Shown: positions 39,829 to 50,554 of the stretch, piece by piece
How the letters are laid out: the number at the start of each line of letters is the position of its first letter
Position numbering within the stretch: the first letter of the stretch is position 1
Source: an uncultured virus (IMG/VR IMGVR_UViG_2891442665_000011)
Taxonomy: Duplodnaviria; Heunggongvirae; Uroviricota; Caudoviricetes
Strand: one strand, 5' to 3'
Virus record (IMG/VR): IMGVR_UViG_2891442665_000011
DNA: 64,000 nucleotides
The notes under the pieces: model-generated
What the model was told of the DNA's origin: nothing
Database searches by the model: none
The model's input: only the letters and a program-made list of their open reading frames with translations
Position numbers and translations under genes: made by a program

Positions 39829-40101
39829 TCATCCTCCATATTGTAGTCCAAAATGAGAATATAAATGGTTGTATAGTTGCTTTTCTATCTCATCCTTATA
39901 GACCACCACCGGTTTTCCTGCTATATGAATTGTCATGGTTTCACGGAGCAGAGGTTGTGCTGCATCTATACCCGCAGATTGAGAAGCATTCATTGCTATT
40001 TGCGGTTCGGGTAAATATGCCAGAGCTTCCATTCGTTTATGATCGCATTTATCAACAAAAGGACACTTCCGACATCTTTCAGATAACTGTGATAGTCCCA
40101 T
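39829..40101 (-). CDS. Hypothetical Cys-containing protein
   Basis: CRKCPF; coupled ORF. Confidence 0.5.
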   Translation of the reverse strand: MGLSQLSERCRKCPFVDKCDHKRMEALAYLPEPQIAMNASQSAGIDAAQPLLRETMTIHIAGKPVVVYKDEIEKQLYNHLYSHFGLQYGG

Positions 40102-40288
40102 TCACACTTCTCCTTTCTTCATTGTAAGTTTCTGATATAACTCCTTTGCTTCATCGCCCTTAAAAGCGTTGATAATATCAATCTCGCCTTTATCTTTTCT
40201 ACCAACAATCAGTACCGGAATATCCCCATGTGTATAGTCAAAGCTTACAAGGATGGTATCGGCTTTCCCCTTCATTAAATTCTCCTTT

Positions 40289-41545
40289 CTATGCGGCTTT
40301 AGGTAATGCTTCGGGAGTAAATGTATACCGCTTCGCATATCCTGTTGCATTAAAATCTTTCTTTTCTTTTAACGTCCTACTAATTGCCAAATCAATCCCC
40401 GAACGAGATTTCAAATGGTAATAATATAAATCCTTGAACGGTGTATTTAACCTATCAATTCGTCCAGACGATTGCTTCATGATTTTGTAGGAATAGTTTT
40501 GTGAGTAAAATATAATGGTATCCGTCTTGATACAGTTCCAACCTTCAGCACCAGCATTATACTGAACCAAATACACCCACTTTTTACTATCCGGAACCGG
40601 TTGATGACAATGCCCATTCCATTCTGCAATTTCAACATCATTTCCGTAAGCCAAATTCTTCAATATATCAAGTTCGTAGTCAAAATTGTAGAATATAATA
40701 GCTCTGGGATGCTTCTCGATGATTTCCAGTAATGCCACTTGCCTTGATTGGTCGGTATTTACAATCTTTCTCCAGACATAACAAAGCTCACCCGCATTGA
40801 CAATTGGCTCGTCCTTATAAGGATTCCATCTGGTTCTTCCCACATCTTTGTACTTCTCGATGTTGTACCTAACAAAGACATCTTCATGATGCGAAACGGT
40901 TGTTCTCTTGAAATCCATGTTTACCAAAATATCATTCCGCCGTCGTATCAACCGACCAGTATTCAAATATCTATCCACTTTCGGAAATTTGCTGAATCGG
41001 CTGTAAACAATATGCTCTCTGGTAAACTCGGTTCTATTCCGATAAAACCCATTTGCAATAAAGACCGGAATATAATCCTGCCAAGTATCTCCCGGAGTAG
41101 CGGAAAGAAGAATCCATTGATTCCTTTTTGCTATTTGCAGAAACGACTTCACCCATGTACCAGAGCCAACCACACGCTGCTCATCAAATATAAAGAAGGC
41201 GCCCGTAATCTCTGCGTATTTTTTTATGTTATTCCACGAATCTACAATTACTTTGTTTCGATACAGATTGAATTCGTGAGAAGTAGAAAGAAGGAAGGGC
41301 GATAACTCACCCTCCCATTCCTTCGTATCCCGTTTACGAGCGGTTGTGATGATATAAAGGTCTTTAATTCCAACGTCATCCATCACCGCATACTCTTCGG
41401 TATCGATTTCTCCGCCATTGCAAATATAATAGTAAGCAAGTGCAGTTCGTGATTTTCCACTACCTACGCCACCACAAAGAATGCAGCCATTTTTCATCTT
41501 CTTGACAGCATCCAATTGATAGTCGTAGAGCTGCACCCCCGCCAT
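40289..41545 (-). CDS. SF2 (SNF2/DEAD-like) helicase
   Basis: GVGSGKS, FDE, LSATP, EGWN, QSSGRIDR. Confidence 0.85.
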   Translation of the reverse strand: MAGVQLYDYQLDAVKKMKNGCILCGGVGSGKSRTALAYYYICNGGEIDTEEYAVMDDVGIKDLYIITTARKRDTKEWEGELSPFLLSTSHEFNLYRNKVIVDSWNNIKKYAEITGAFFIFDEQRVVGSGTWVKSFLQIAKRNQWILLSATPGDTWQDYIPVFIANGFYRNRTEFTREHIVYSRFSKFPKVDRYLNTGRLIRRRNDILVNMDFKRTTVSHHEDVFVRYNIEKYKDVGRTRWNPYKDEPIVNAGELCYVWRKIVNTDQSRQVALLEIIEKHPRAIIFYNFDYELDILKNLAYGNDVEIAEWNGHCHQPVPDSKKWVYLVQYNAGAEGWNCIKTDTIIFYSQNYSYKIMKQSSGRIDRLNTPFKDLYYYHLKSRSGIDLAISRTLKEKKDFNATGYAKRYTFTPEALPKAA

Positions 41546-41547
41546 AA

Positions 41548-42012
41548 TCAACTTTCCTCGTTGTAGTCGTTGGTCCATCTCTTAATCTTGTTAAAATAGC
41601 TGCCCTTATTACCCAACGCTTTCTTTGCGATAGCCATCGCCAGACCCTTCTCCGGATCGAAGTCTTCATTTTTTGCCTTTACTACTGTCTTGGTGCCGTC
41701 TGCCCAGAAGACAATGGTTACTGGATTGTTGAAGATGACTTTCTTGATCTCCAGTGCCATTTTTCTATGCAGTTCCGCAGTACCGAACACATCGTTCACC
41801 GCATATTTAAAAGCATCAAGACGATTCTCCGCCTCCGTTGCCCTCCGGTTCGCTTTGCTGATTTCAGTGGCAGCATACATCAATTCCGGCTTATCAGTAT
41901 CGGCTGCGTATACATAACCGCCTCTCATGTCACCAATCAGCTTCTGATTCGGAGAGTTGATCAATCCCTCCATGGTTTTCATAAACTCGCGTGCGTTCAT
42001 TTCCTTGCTCAT
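41548..42012 (-). CDS. Hypothetical phage protein
   Basis: TIVFWADGTKTVVK...FDPEKG. Confidence 0.65.
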   Translation of the reverse strand: MSKEMNAREFMKTMEGLINSPNQKLIGDMRGGYVYAADTDKPELMYAATEISKANRRATEAENRLDAFKYAVNDVFGTAELHRKMALEIKKVIFNNPVTIVFWADGTKTVVKAKNEDFDPEKGLAMAIAKKALGNKGSYFNKIKRWTNDYNEES

Positions 42013-42169
42013 GATTTTTCTCCTTTCAATGTTTGTTTACATGTCTTCAAGCACCGCTTCGATGCTGTTTTTCAGATTCGCCATATCGGAATACATTTCG
42101 TTTTCCTTATTAGTGCAGTCATCTTCTATGGGAGAATTGTTCAAGAAGAAATCAATCTCCCTCAGCAGA

Positions 42170-43123
42170 TTAGTCAGCCTTTCTTTCATCAGATTCTCCT
42201 TTCAAAAGCTCGTCCATTTTACGAACCATTCTTCGCATTGCCCACACATCGGAAAAATACATCATTGTAAACCAGTAATTTTCCGTCGAGTCACCCTCAG
42301 CAATAGGTTCTGTAAAGGTGTTACCGACCTTGATATAAGCTGCCACGCCCAGCAGAGAAAGCTGAATATAGCACATCAGAGCCACAATCTCGTCAATATC
42401 CTGTGCAACTACCAAAACGTGGTTCTGATAATTCAAAGGTTCCTTCTCCAACTGCTTTCTTGCGGCATGAACACCAGCAATCAAAGTGGCTCCCGCGCCA
42501 CAGCATGAGTCACAGATAGTTATGTAGCCCTGTTCATTAACCTGCTGAGCCACATTATCACCTAAGGCAATTTCCGCCATAAGTTCACAAACGTGATACG
42601 GTGTAAAGAATTGCCCTCCGGACTCATTGCCTAAATTGAGTTCCATAAAAATACTGCCCAGAAAGTCCTGTTCCTGGTTTTCTTCCAAGGCCAAGACTGT
42701 CTGAGCAGCAAGTTCAGGAAATATCGCCTGTTCCTGTTTATTGTATTTCTTGATGATTTTCATATATCTGGCTTCCCGCTCATCATAATGGAATTTATCC
42801 ACTGGATTCGAGAGCGAGCAGGCAAACATGATTACGAAATCCCTCCAAATATCCCAAGCTCTATGACGATAGGTAAGTTTTCTGAAAGAATCCAAGAACT
42901 CCTTTCTACCGTCATTTTTTCTGGGACTTGTTTTGGGTTTCGGCTCCGGCTTTTTGGGAACTTCTGAATCAACATCTTTGCTCGGCGGTTTGTAGGTCGG
43001 CATTGAAATCGTAGGTTTCCATTCCGGAACCGGCTTCATTTTTGGCGAATCCGTCTTAGGCGAAGTGGCAGGCGTTTTCTTTTTGGCTGTGGTCTGCTTC
43101 TTCTTTTTCTTCCAAAACGCCAT
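42170..43123 (-). CDS. N6-methyltransferase-like protein (SAM-binding part only)
   Basis: GQFFTP and DSCCGAG motifs; no NPPY/DPPY before the stop. Confidence 0.65.
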   Translation of the reverse strand: MAFWKKKKKQTTAKKKTPATSPKTDSPKMKPVPEWKPTISMPTYKPPSKDVDSEVPKKPEPKPKTSPRKNDGRKEFLDSFRKLTYRHRAWDIWRDFVIMFACSLSNPVDKFHYDEREARYMKIIKKYNKQEQAIFPELAAQTVLALEENQEQDFLGSIFMELNLGNESGGQFFTPYHVCELMAEIALGDNVAQQVNEQGYITICDSCCGAGATLIAGVHAARKQLEKEPLNYQNHVLVVAQDIDEIVALMCYIQLSLLGVAAYIKVGNTFTEPIAEGDSTENYWFTMMYFSDVWAMRRMVRKMDELLKGESDERKAD

Positions 43124-43149
43124 AGTTTCTCCTTTCAAAAATATAAGTC

Positions 43150-43650
43150 TTAGTTGAATGGAAGCTCGTCCGGGCCCTCCATTTCGGCATACTTTTCCGC
43201 AAATTCATCTTCCTCGATGGTGACATACATATTTTTTAAATATGCCTTAACCCCAGATTTCTCGTTCTTCGTTCCTTCCTGGATTACCCAGTTGTAGGGC
43301 CGAATGGTCAAATCCACATTACGAATCTCAGCATAGTCCAGAGAGTCAATCGCCTCCTCGTCCAACTGCGTTTTCGTTCTTCTGGTAATCATGAACACCT
43401 TTGGTGGGATATTTTCAAAGCTTACCGCGACCTGGAGATAGTGCTTCGGCTCATCGCCCTCATCCTTCGGGGTAAGAACACGGATGTTCCACCCCTCCTC
43501 AGCCAATCTCTGGGCCAGTTCCGGGTCGTCAATCACAACACAGAAATTGCGGCTTCCAGCTCTGTTATACTTTCCCTCTTTACCGGAAAAGTTCCGGAAG
43601 ATGATACGGGCATTCTCCATGATGATGTTGTCGTTTACTCTTTTAGACAT
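43150..43650 (-). CDS. Putative single-stranded DNA-binding protein
   Basis: Follows the polymerase; acidic C-terminus ending ELPFN. Confidence 0.65.
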   Translation of the reverse strand: MSKRVNDNIIMENARIIFRNFSGKEGKYNRAGSRNFCVVIDDPELAQRLAEEGWNIRVLTPKDEGDEPKHYLQVAVSFENIPPKVFMITRRTKTQLDEEAIDSLDYAEIRNVDLTIRPYNWVIQEGTKNEKSGVKAYLKNMYVTIEEDEFAEKYAEMEGPDELPFN

Positions 43651-43668
43651 AATCGTTCTCCTTTTCTT

Positions 43669-46600
43669 TTAAAATGGTAAATATTCTTCATTGGGATTGT
43701 CTTCCGGCGGATTCATGGAATGGCTCATAATCACATCCGAAATATCGTACCCAAGGTTACAGTCCATATGGAACTTGTCGTTATGGAAGTTCGGACAATC
43801 AAAGCACGTCGCATATTTCATTTCCCCGCAAGGCGGCATCCACGATGGAACCTCGGAATCAACATCAGCGTCGTTGGCACCAAGCTCCTTAATATACGGG
43901 TCGTCGGAAACAAACCATTCGAAATCGCCATACTCCGAAATAGTCTTAACTGCATCATCAACTAACTTGTCATAATAGCTGCGGTCGATATCATCTTGCT
44001 TGTCCAACTCCCGAACCATTTCCGATTCCAGCCACCTGTATCCTTTTGAACCAGTAGCGGCGTAGTATCTTCCATTTTTCTCCCGCATTAAGAGTCCGCC
44101 GCCGCACCCGTCCTTGATAGGGCAGAACTGTCCGATTTTTCCGATGAAACGATAGCAGTGCCCATCAGCAATAATCTTTCCAAGTCTTTCAAATTCCTGA
44201 CATTCATCAGTCATCGGATCTTCGAGTTTTGATACATCGCTAAGTTCTTTTAGCAACTTTGCGTATTGCTTTTCTTCTTCAGACACATCTGGCAGCCCTT
44301 CGTTCATATCCAAATATAAAGCGCTACTTACAGATTTGGTCTCGCACATATCCTCGAAAGCAATATCTTCTCCACTGAAAAGTTTCTTGAACACATAAGG
44401 AACTGCAAACTGGGTACCGGTAGCTGTCCATTCGCCGGCGTGCTTACCATCTTTGTACTTGGCAATATAGACCGCGTCATTCACCAAGCACATCCGGTCG
44501 TATGTAGCCTCGTGCTCAAATGTGTACCCATACCGTTTACCATAATCCATAACAAACTGGATAATTTCCGGCGTAGCGTCAGGAATCTTGATAGAATCTG
44601 TCTTGATATGGGCAACAGTAAAGCCCCGTTCCTGCACCTCATGTTTGAGGTTAATCATGAACAGAGCTCCTCGTTTAGCTACAATATTGTCTTTGTTTCT
44701 CGGATCGCGGAATGCGTTCTCGAAAGAGGCAGAAGTAAGGCCGTAAACCGAATTGATTGCTGTCTTCAGAGCATCAGCAAGCTGCTTGGATGTCATTTCA
44801 CCGTCAATTACTTTCTGGATATACGGTGTGAGCTTTCCATCCAGCATCGTATTGACAATATCCCATGCTTCATGCTTGATGCTTACACGCCCTTCGACAA
44901 TATCCCGAAATGCTCTTGTGAATTTCACGCCGAATAGGACTTCTGCGATTGCGCTGTGTGGATGCATTGAGGAAACGTCCAGCAACGCCACATTCCCATA
45001 CATCCCAGGTTCGGCATAGACATACCCGCCTTCGCCGACTTCTTCGTCGCGGTAAGTGGATTTTCCATTTTCGAACTTGTAACCAGGAAAATATGGAAGA
45101 AAACTGCCTGCTTCACCGTGAGTTCGTTCCATCATCTCCGGACACGCTTCAGCAAGGAATGAATATGTTTCCTCGTCCAAATCATGCACCGGTTCTGCCA
45201 GATTACGGTAGTGGAACTGATCCTGCGGCTTTCGGTTATTTCCAAATATAATTCTGGTAGTTAGGCTGTTCGTCGTGTCGTTGACGGTCATATCCGCCAA
45301 ATCCGCCAGAATCTGCCTTGCCGTCCAATCCGCTTTCAAGTAAACAAAAGACGCCTCGGTAGCAATTACATCGTTATCACAGTATTCGGCAACCTTTGTC
45401 CAAAGTTCTTCCGGTACAGGTTGATCCCACGGTAAGCCAAGCTCCTGGTGATGGGTTCCCGCTTTGATGATTCTAATTTCGTCATCGGAAAACCCTTTCT
45501 TTTTCAGCTCCTTTTCTGTGACATTTCCCATTTCGATTTCCAACTTCTTCAGGCTTTTTTTGTTTCCGGCAGAAGCGAAGTCATAAACGTCTGTATAACT
45601 GACATTGTAGGCTTCTCCGAAGAAACAATTTGCGCTGCCATTGATAATTTTCTGGGACAGATTATAGAGCTGCTCGTTTGAATATCCCATAAGCCGGGCG
45701 TACAGAATATGATTGTCATACCTGCGGCAATTAAATCCAACTAAACGGAACCTCATTAAGTCCTCTATCTCAGATGGCGTCGGGTTAATCATCCGTACAA
45801 CCGGCTTTCCCTCACCTTCGATTTTCCAGTTTACAAGAAACAGGTTGGGAAAGACCTCAACGTCATAAAATATCAGTTTCGCATTCTCATTTTTCACGGC
45901 TGTGGACGTGTCGGCAGATTTAAACTGCATCTTGTTTACCAACTTGATACAGTAATCAGCCTGATGAGAACTGTTCGCTGCAAATGCCAATACTGCATTC
46001 CTCATATCCGTGACATCATATTTTAAGTCACTGGAATATGCATCCTCCAGTATTTTGTAAATAAAGTCGATACTGGGCTTAGTACCCGGATGAATCTCTT
46101 TGTTGAGATTACGTTTTATCAGTGTTCTAAGCCCTTTCTCGCTTTGAACTGCTTCAAAATTTACCATTTTATTTTCTCCTTTCAGCGGTAAACCAGAGCT
46201 AATTGTCGCGATAGGCAGGTTGTTGCATTTCGACACTTTTCGTCTTAATGAACTGTTGCCTGTGAACACCTTAACTTCTACATGGTCATCATAAATGCGG
46301 CTCAGTCTTGCCGGATCTCCCGTATAAATATAATGCAGATGCACTCCGCATCCGCTTTTACTGAGTTCCGCATAAGTTGGCGGCCATTTACTTGCTTCTT
46401 CTACATTCCTTTCAAAAGATTTATTTCCCTCCTCGTCCGGAATATCAAAATCAATTACGATATGGTTTTCGGGAACCTTGACATAGTGTAATTGTGAAGT
46501 ATCCAAAGAGGCCAAGGTTGTTTTGACATTCGCCCACTTTTTCCCAGGCGTACCAGCATCTGTTCCGTATTGGGCCGGGCAGGTTTCACATTCCTTGTCG

Positions 46601-47976
46601 AAAACAGATTCCTGCTCTTTGAACTCGATGGATGTTGGTTTTGTTTCCGCATTTTCACCTGCCGGATTTTTTTCGGTTTCAAATTTCTCAGTCCGGAATC
46701 CGGAATAGTAACTGCGAACCCGCGAACCATCTTCAAGATTGAACCGTTCCTTGTAGTCCCGAAAATAGTTTTTCAATTCCTCCTTAAAGATTCTTTGGGA
46801 GAATGGAAAAGACACCTTTGCTTCATCACAGTAGGTCTTGTACATCTCCCATGCCGCTTTCATTGTCGTTCCGTCTTCTTTTTTGAACACATGGTACGAA
46901 TCAACAATGAAGTTATAGAAATCATTGGACGCCCCAAGCATAGCAATCGGAATATAATCGTCATACATACCCGGAGTGGATAAATATACTTCCTGACAGT
47001 GATACGCAATCGCCCCCAGTTCAAATCCAACCCGTTTTACAATATCCTTGTAATCGTTAGGATTCAGTTTGTTGCCTGTTGGCGAAACGTCTATCAATCT
47101 CCGAATCAAACCGGACTTCGCGTCTGTAATCTTCACCGGCTTATTTGTTCCCATAAAGAGAAAGCACTTGAATCGGTTGGCGTAGGTCGATTTGAACTTT
47201 TCGTTCACCGTCATAAGTTCATGAGAAACCAGACTGTTAAGCCTTGTGTTATCTTCAATTCTGGACAGGTCGCCGTCATGCTGAATCGCCACAAGAGGGT
47301 TGCTTTTAAATGCCTCCAACGCAAAAGAATTACTGGATGACCCCAGTGCTTTTGCGTCGAATACTGAGTAATACCCTTCAAAAAGCTGCTGGATGATGTT
47401 CAGGACTGTGGATTTACCTGTTCCTGCGGCTCCATATAACACCATGAATTTCTGCAACCGTTTGGATTCTCCTGACACAATCGACCCAATCGCCCATTCA
47501 ATCTTCCGTCGTTCTTCCTCGGAATATAAAGTTGACATCAGCTTTTCGTAGGCAGACAAATCGCCAGCTTCAAGCGGATAATTCAGCTTTTTACTGGCGT
47601 AATCTTTTTTATTGGTCTCTGTGTTGAAAAAAATAAGTTTTTCATCCAGCATGTGGAATGAGTCCCGCATCTGCTTTTGGCAATACTTATGCCAGGAGTC
47701 AATCATGCCTGATTCTGCATCCCACATATGCAGGACTTTTATGTCGGAGTCAAAGCGCCGGCGGTTTTCTTCTGCATATCTATCCAGTTCGCGGTCAATG
47801 AGCTGCAAAGCATCCTGCTCGTCCGTAGACCATAAACCACGTTCCTCAATCCAGATAGCGTAGAAGTCACCACCTCGAATCATCAGATCGGAGCTTTTTT
47901 TAATAATGAACTTCGGATAGATTTCTATTACACCACGCTTTGTACTACGTGTTGAAATCATCAAAAAGTCGATCAT
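43669..47976 (-). CDS. SF3 helicase - primase - 3'-5' exonuclease - family B DNA polymerase fusion
   Basis: GAAGTGKST; SKSGCGVHLHY (prim-pol-like); YDVEVF, FNCRRYD, YCDND (exo); DVSSMHP, KTAINSVYG, KTDS (PolB A/B/C-like). Confidence 0.85.
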   Translation of the reverse strand: MIDFLMISTRSTKRGVIEIYPKFIIKKSSDLMIRGGDFYAIWIEERGLWSTDEQDALQLIDRELDRYAEENRRRFDSDIKVLHMWDAESGMIDSWHKYCQKQMRDSFHMLDEKLIFFNTETNKKDYASKKLNYPLEAGDLSAYEKLMSTLYSEEERRKIEWAIGSIVSGESKRLQKFMVLYGAAGTGKSTVLNIIQQLFEGYYSVFDAKALGSSSNSFALEAFKSNPLVAIQHDGDLSRIEDNTRLNSLVSHELMTVNEKFKSTYANRFKCFLFMGTNKPVKITDAKSGLIRRLIDVSPTGNKLNPNDYKDIVKRVGFELGAIAYHCQEVYLSTPGMYDDYIPIAMLGASNDFYNFIVDSYHVFKKEDGTTMKAAWEMYKTYCDEAKVSFPFSQRIFKEELKNYFRDYKERFNLEDGSRVRSYYSGFRTEKFETEKNPAGENAETKPTSIEFKEQESVFDKECETCPAQYGTDAGTPGKKWANVKTTLASLDTSQLHYVKVPENHIVIDFDIPDEEGNKSFERNVEEASKWPPTYAELSKSGCGVHLHYIYTGDPARLSRIYDDHVEVKVFTGNSSLRRKVSKCNNLPIATISSGLPLKGENKMVNFEAVQSEKGLRTLIKRNLNKEIHPGTKPSIDFIYKILEDAYSSDLKYDVTDMRNAVLAFAANSSHQADYCIKLVNKMQFKSADTSTAVKNENAKLIFYDVEVFPNLFLVNWKIEGEGKPVVRMINPTPSEIEDLMRFRLVGFNCRRYDNHILYARLMGYSNEQLYNLSQKIINGSANCFFGEAYNVSYTDVYDFASAGNKKSLKKLEIEMGNVTEKELKKKGFSDDEIRIIKAGTHHQELGLPWDQPVPEELWTKVAEYCDNDVIATEASFVYLKADWTARQILADLADMTVNDTTNSLTTRIIFGNNRKPQDQFHYRNLAEPVHDLDEETYSFLAEACPEMMERTHGEAGSFLPYFPGYKFENGKSTYRDEEVGEGGYVYAEPGMYGNVALLDVSSMHPHSAIAEVLFGVKFTRAFRDIVEGRVSIKHEAWDIVNTMLDGKLTPYIQKVIDGEMTSKQLADALKTAINSVYGLTSASFENAFRDPRNKDNIVAKRGALFMINLKHEVQERGFTVAHIKTDSIKIPDATPEIIQFVMDYGKRYGYTFEHEATYDRMCLVNDAVYIAKYKDGKHAGEWTATGTQFAVPYVFKKLFSGEDIAFEDMCETKSVSSALYLDMNEGLPDVSEEEKQYAKLLKELSDVSKLEDPMTDECQEFERLGKIIADGHCYRFIGKIGQFCPIKDGCGGGLLMREKNGRYYAATGSKGYRWLESEMVRELDKQDDIDRSYYDKLVDDAVKTISEYGDFEWFVSDDPYIKELGANDADVDSEVPSWMPPCGEMKYATCFDCPNFHNDKFHMDCNLGYDISDVIMSHSMNPPEDNPNEEYLPF

Positions 47977-47984
47977 CGCATTTT

Positions 47985-48218
47985 TTACTCTCCTTCCGAG
48001 CGCTTTAATTCCTCAATCTCATTCCTGAGTTCCTTTATTTTTTTATTCTGTTCCCGGCGGTCCAATTCCGTCATAACTACATAAGCGGTCATGGCGCAGG
48101 CCCAAAGTCCGACATTGCGGTTGAACCTGCTCTGATGCTTAAGAGTGACACGGATTCCCTTGATTGCCGTTTCCGATGACCGTAAACTTCCAAAAATATA
48201 ACCAAGCATCTCGCACAT
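47985..48218 (-). CDS. Hypothetical protein
   Basis: Coupled ORF. Confidence 0.5.
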   Translation of the reverse strand: MCEMLGYIFGSLRSSETAIKGIRVTLKHQSRFNRNVGLWACAMTAYVVMTELDRREQNKKIKELRNEIEELKRSEGE

Positions 48219-48430
48219 CAGCCTTTTCCTCCTTTCATGCCTTTGATAAAACTTTTAGCGGTTTCAAACCGCCAGTCGTCTTTGCCACCATAGGTAAATA
48301 TAAATTCAGCGCCATTGGTCTGCCGGACTCGGATGCTGTTTTTACCGTTTGGAAACCATGTGGCAGCATTCTCACCCGCATAAAGCGGAAAATATAGTTC
48401 AAACCATTTATATACTTCGTTGTGAGTCAT
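48218..48430 (-). CDS. Hypothetical protein
   Basis: GGAGG RBS; loosely similar to 35224..35406. Confidence 0.55.
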   Translation of the reverse strand: MTHNEVYKWFELYFPLYAGENAATWFPNGKNSIRVRQTNGAEFIFTYGGKDDWRFETAKSFIKGMKGGKG

Positions 48431-48445
48431 ACGAAACCTCCAAAA

Positions 48446-48997
48446 CTATACGATTTCGTCTAAGTACCAGCACATCTGATACCAGATTTCTACCGTTCTC
48501 AAATCCCGTCGGCAGTGTTCCACCGTAAACAGGCCACCCTCCCCATTTCGCTTGTATCTTCGGTCTAAGAATCTCTGAATAATCTCGTCTGCATAATCCT
48601 CATCGAATCTTGCATCTGTCATTTTCCGTAAACCGAGATTCTCAATCATACCCCAGAACCATTGCCCGGTACGATTCCCGATATCCGGGTCGTCCATGAT
48701 ATGTTCTTCACAACGAATAGCGAGAGCAATCATCATTTCTAAAACACTACAAGGACTATTATCCAAGTAGCTTGAAATCATGGCGTTTTCGTATGAATTC
48801 TCGTAGCCAAACCGGTACCGGAGATCTATCCCATCTTCTTCTCGGTTTCCATCCATTTCAATCGTGTAATTAAAATCCACGTTATGGAGGAACCGTAAAA
48901 GTTTCTGATAGGACAGACCTCTGGTATACCGGCGGTTGCATACGAGCTGACACATCCAATCGAAGTATTCGCTATTCAGCTCGCTCCTTGTCATCAT
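48446..48997 (-). CDS. Hypothetical phage protein
   Basis: DGNREEDGIDLR; coupled ORF. Confidence 0.65.
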   Translation of the reverse strand: MMTRSELNSEYFDWMCQLVCNRRYTRGLSYQKLLRFLHNVDFNYTIEMDGNREEDGIDLRYRFGYENSYENAMISSYLDNSPCSVLEMMIALAIRCEEHIMDDPDIGNRTGQWFWGMIENLGLRKMTDARFDEDYADEIIQRFLDRRYKRNGEGGLFTVEHCRRDLRTVEIWYQMCWYLDEIV

Positions 48998-49593
48998 ACC
49001 TCCGTCTGATGCGGCCTCTGCTTAATAACGTCTGAATAAGTCCTCTGATCCAGAAGAATTTCGTAGTCGCATTTCAGCCTGTCATTTCTGACAAAGACTG
49101 AATCGTCTTCAAACTCCCCAAAGTGGGTCAAAGATTCCAGACCTACAACATTATCCACATCTTCTACTTTTTCATCGTCTTCATCTGCCAGAATCTGGTC
49201 TGCATAGTAACTGAGGCTGATTCGTTCATAATCCTCAAACTCGCCAAATTCATCCGGTGAGATTACATAGGGTTTCATCTCCATCGCTTCCTGCTCCTCT
49301 TTTTTCTCTCCGGCGCTTGCGTTCGAGTAGTTAGTATATCCTTCCCGTTCCAACCTTGCAGCGTATTCGGAAATATCCGGTTTTTCTTCCGGCTTACCAA
49401 CCTTTGCTGTCTGCGGCTCAGGAGTGACAATCTCAACATCCGCAGCCGATTCCCGTCTGGAGAATATCTCCTTTACCGAATCAATTTCCTCCTGGGCAAT
49501 CTGCTCATATTTTTTCTTGGTGTATTGCCAGGTCACTACGGAACCAACAGCCGCGCCTAAAACAAACATCACAAAGCCCGCTGCTTTATTCAT
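48994..49593 (-). CDS. Membrane-anchored acidic protein
   Basis: N-terminal TM segment; PYVISPDEF. Confidence 0.65.
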   Translation of the reverse strand: MNKAAGFVMFVLGAAVGSVVTWQYTKKKYEQIAQEEIDSVKEIFSRRESAADVEIVTPEPQTAKVGKPEEKPDISEYAARLEREGYTNYSNASAGEKKEEQEAMEMKPYVISPDEFGEFEDYERISLSYYADQILADEDDEKVEDVDNVVGLESLTHFGEFEDDSVFVRNDRLKCDYEILLDQRTYSDVIKQRPHQTEV

Positions 49594-49765
49594 TTTCTTC
49601 ATCCTCCTCTTCTTCATCCTCCTCGTTCTTTATAGTCATTACCGTAAGAGCCAGTCCTCCGAAGAGTAAGGATACACTCAGTAAGATACCGCCGGTAATA
49701 TGTCTTTTCCTTTTTGTATCCAGCACATAATCGAGCATGGATATCAGATTCCCGATTCCATCCAT
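49586..49765 (-). CDS. Small membrane protein (59 aa, not in the ORF track)
   Basis: MDGIGNLISMLDYVLDTKRKRHITGGILLSVSLLFGGLALTVM...; AAGGAG RBS. Confidence 0.6.
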   Translation of the reverse strand: MDGIGNLISMLDYVLDTKRKRHITGGILLSVSLLFGGLALTVMTIKNEEDEEEEDEENE

Positions 49766-49884
49766 GATTACTGCTCCTTTCCGCCGGATAACACGGCAAG
49801 ACCGCCGACAAAACAGATTCCGGCCATAGCAGCCAGCGTGTAAGATACCAATGTTAAAAAGCCATTCATAAGGTTAATCTCCTT

Positions 49885-50436
49885 TCATTCATAACTTGAA
49901 AAATAGTGGTGTTCTACTTGGAACATGGGAACGCCGTAATCGCTGTAACAGCCAGCGGTAAAGAATATAACATCGTAGTTTGTCCGAACTTCCAGTTCTT
50001 CTTTGACAAGCTGACAAATATCATCCCTCACCTCGCAGCGGTCTACACGTCCGTTCCACATTGAGGAAAACTGATATGGTTGATAGATAACATCGTAAAC
50101 CGTATCGGGAAAATGCTCCGAATCCATGCGATTGAGTATGGTGTCGATTACCAATCGCTTTCCTTTTTCGCATTCTCCTTCTGCCTCTGCCATCGTTACC
50201 AATGCTATCAGCGAAATATCTTCCTCTGATAAAAGTTCTTCCTCTGCAATTTCTTCTGCGCTTGACTCTGAAATATCCTCTATCGGAATATAAGTAACCA
50301 CCGGCATAGATACCGGAGTGATTTCTATTGCCTGTGAATCAGCAGAGATTTCACTTCCGGCAGAGTGCGTAGTGATTGAAAATATCAGAATCACGCACAA
50401 AGAAAAAGCTGAAGCTATTACAGTTATTTTTTTCAT
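49885..50436 (-). CDS. SleB/Hydrolase_2-type cell wall hydrolase
   Basis: Signal peptide; AEAEGE...GK..V..ILNR...FPDT...VIYQPYQFS. Confidence 0.8.
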   Translation of the reverse strand: MKKITVIASAFSLCVILIFSITTHSAGSEISADSQAIEITPVSMPVVTYIPIEDISESSAEEIAEEELLSEEDISLIALVTMAEAEGECEKGKRLVIDTILNRMDSEHFPDTVYDVIYQPYQFSSMWNGRVDRCEVRDDICQLVKEELEVRTNYDVIFFTAGCYSDYGVPMFQVEHHYFSSYE

Positions 50437-50554
50437 GTACGTCTCCTTAAAAATATCCGGCTGCCCTCCGCCAGTCTTTTGAACCGAGCCAAGGGCAGTC
50501 TGCCATATCCCGATAGGGATTCCCTGTGCCAACGCTATCCAATCCATCCGTCAG

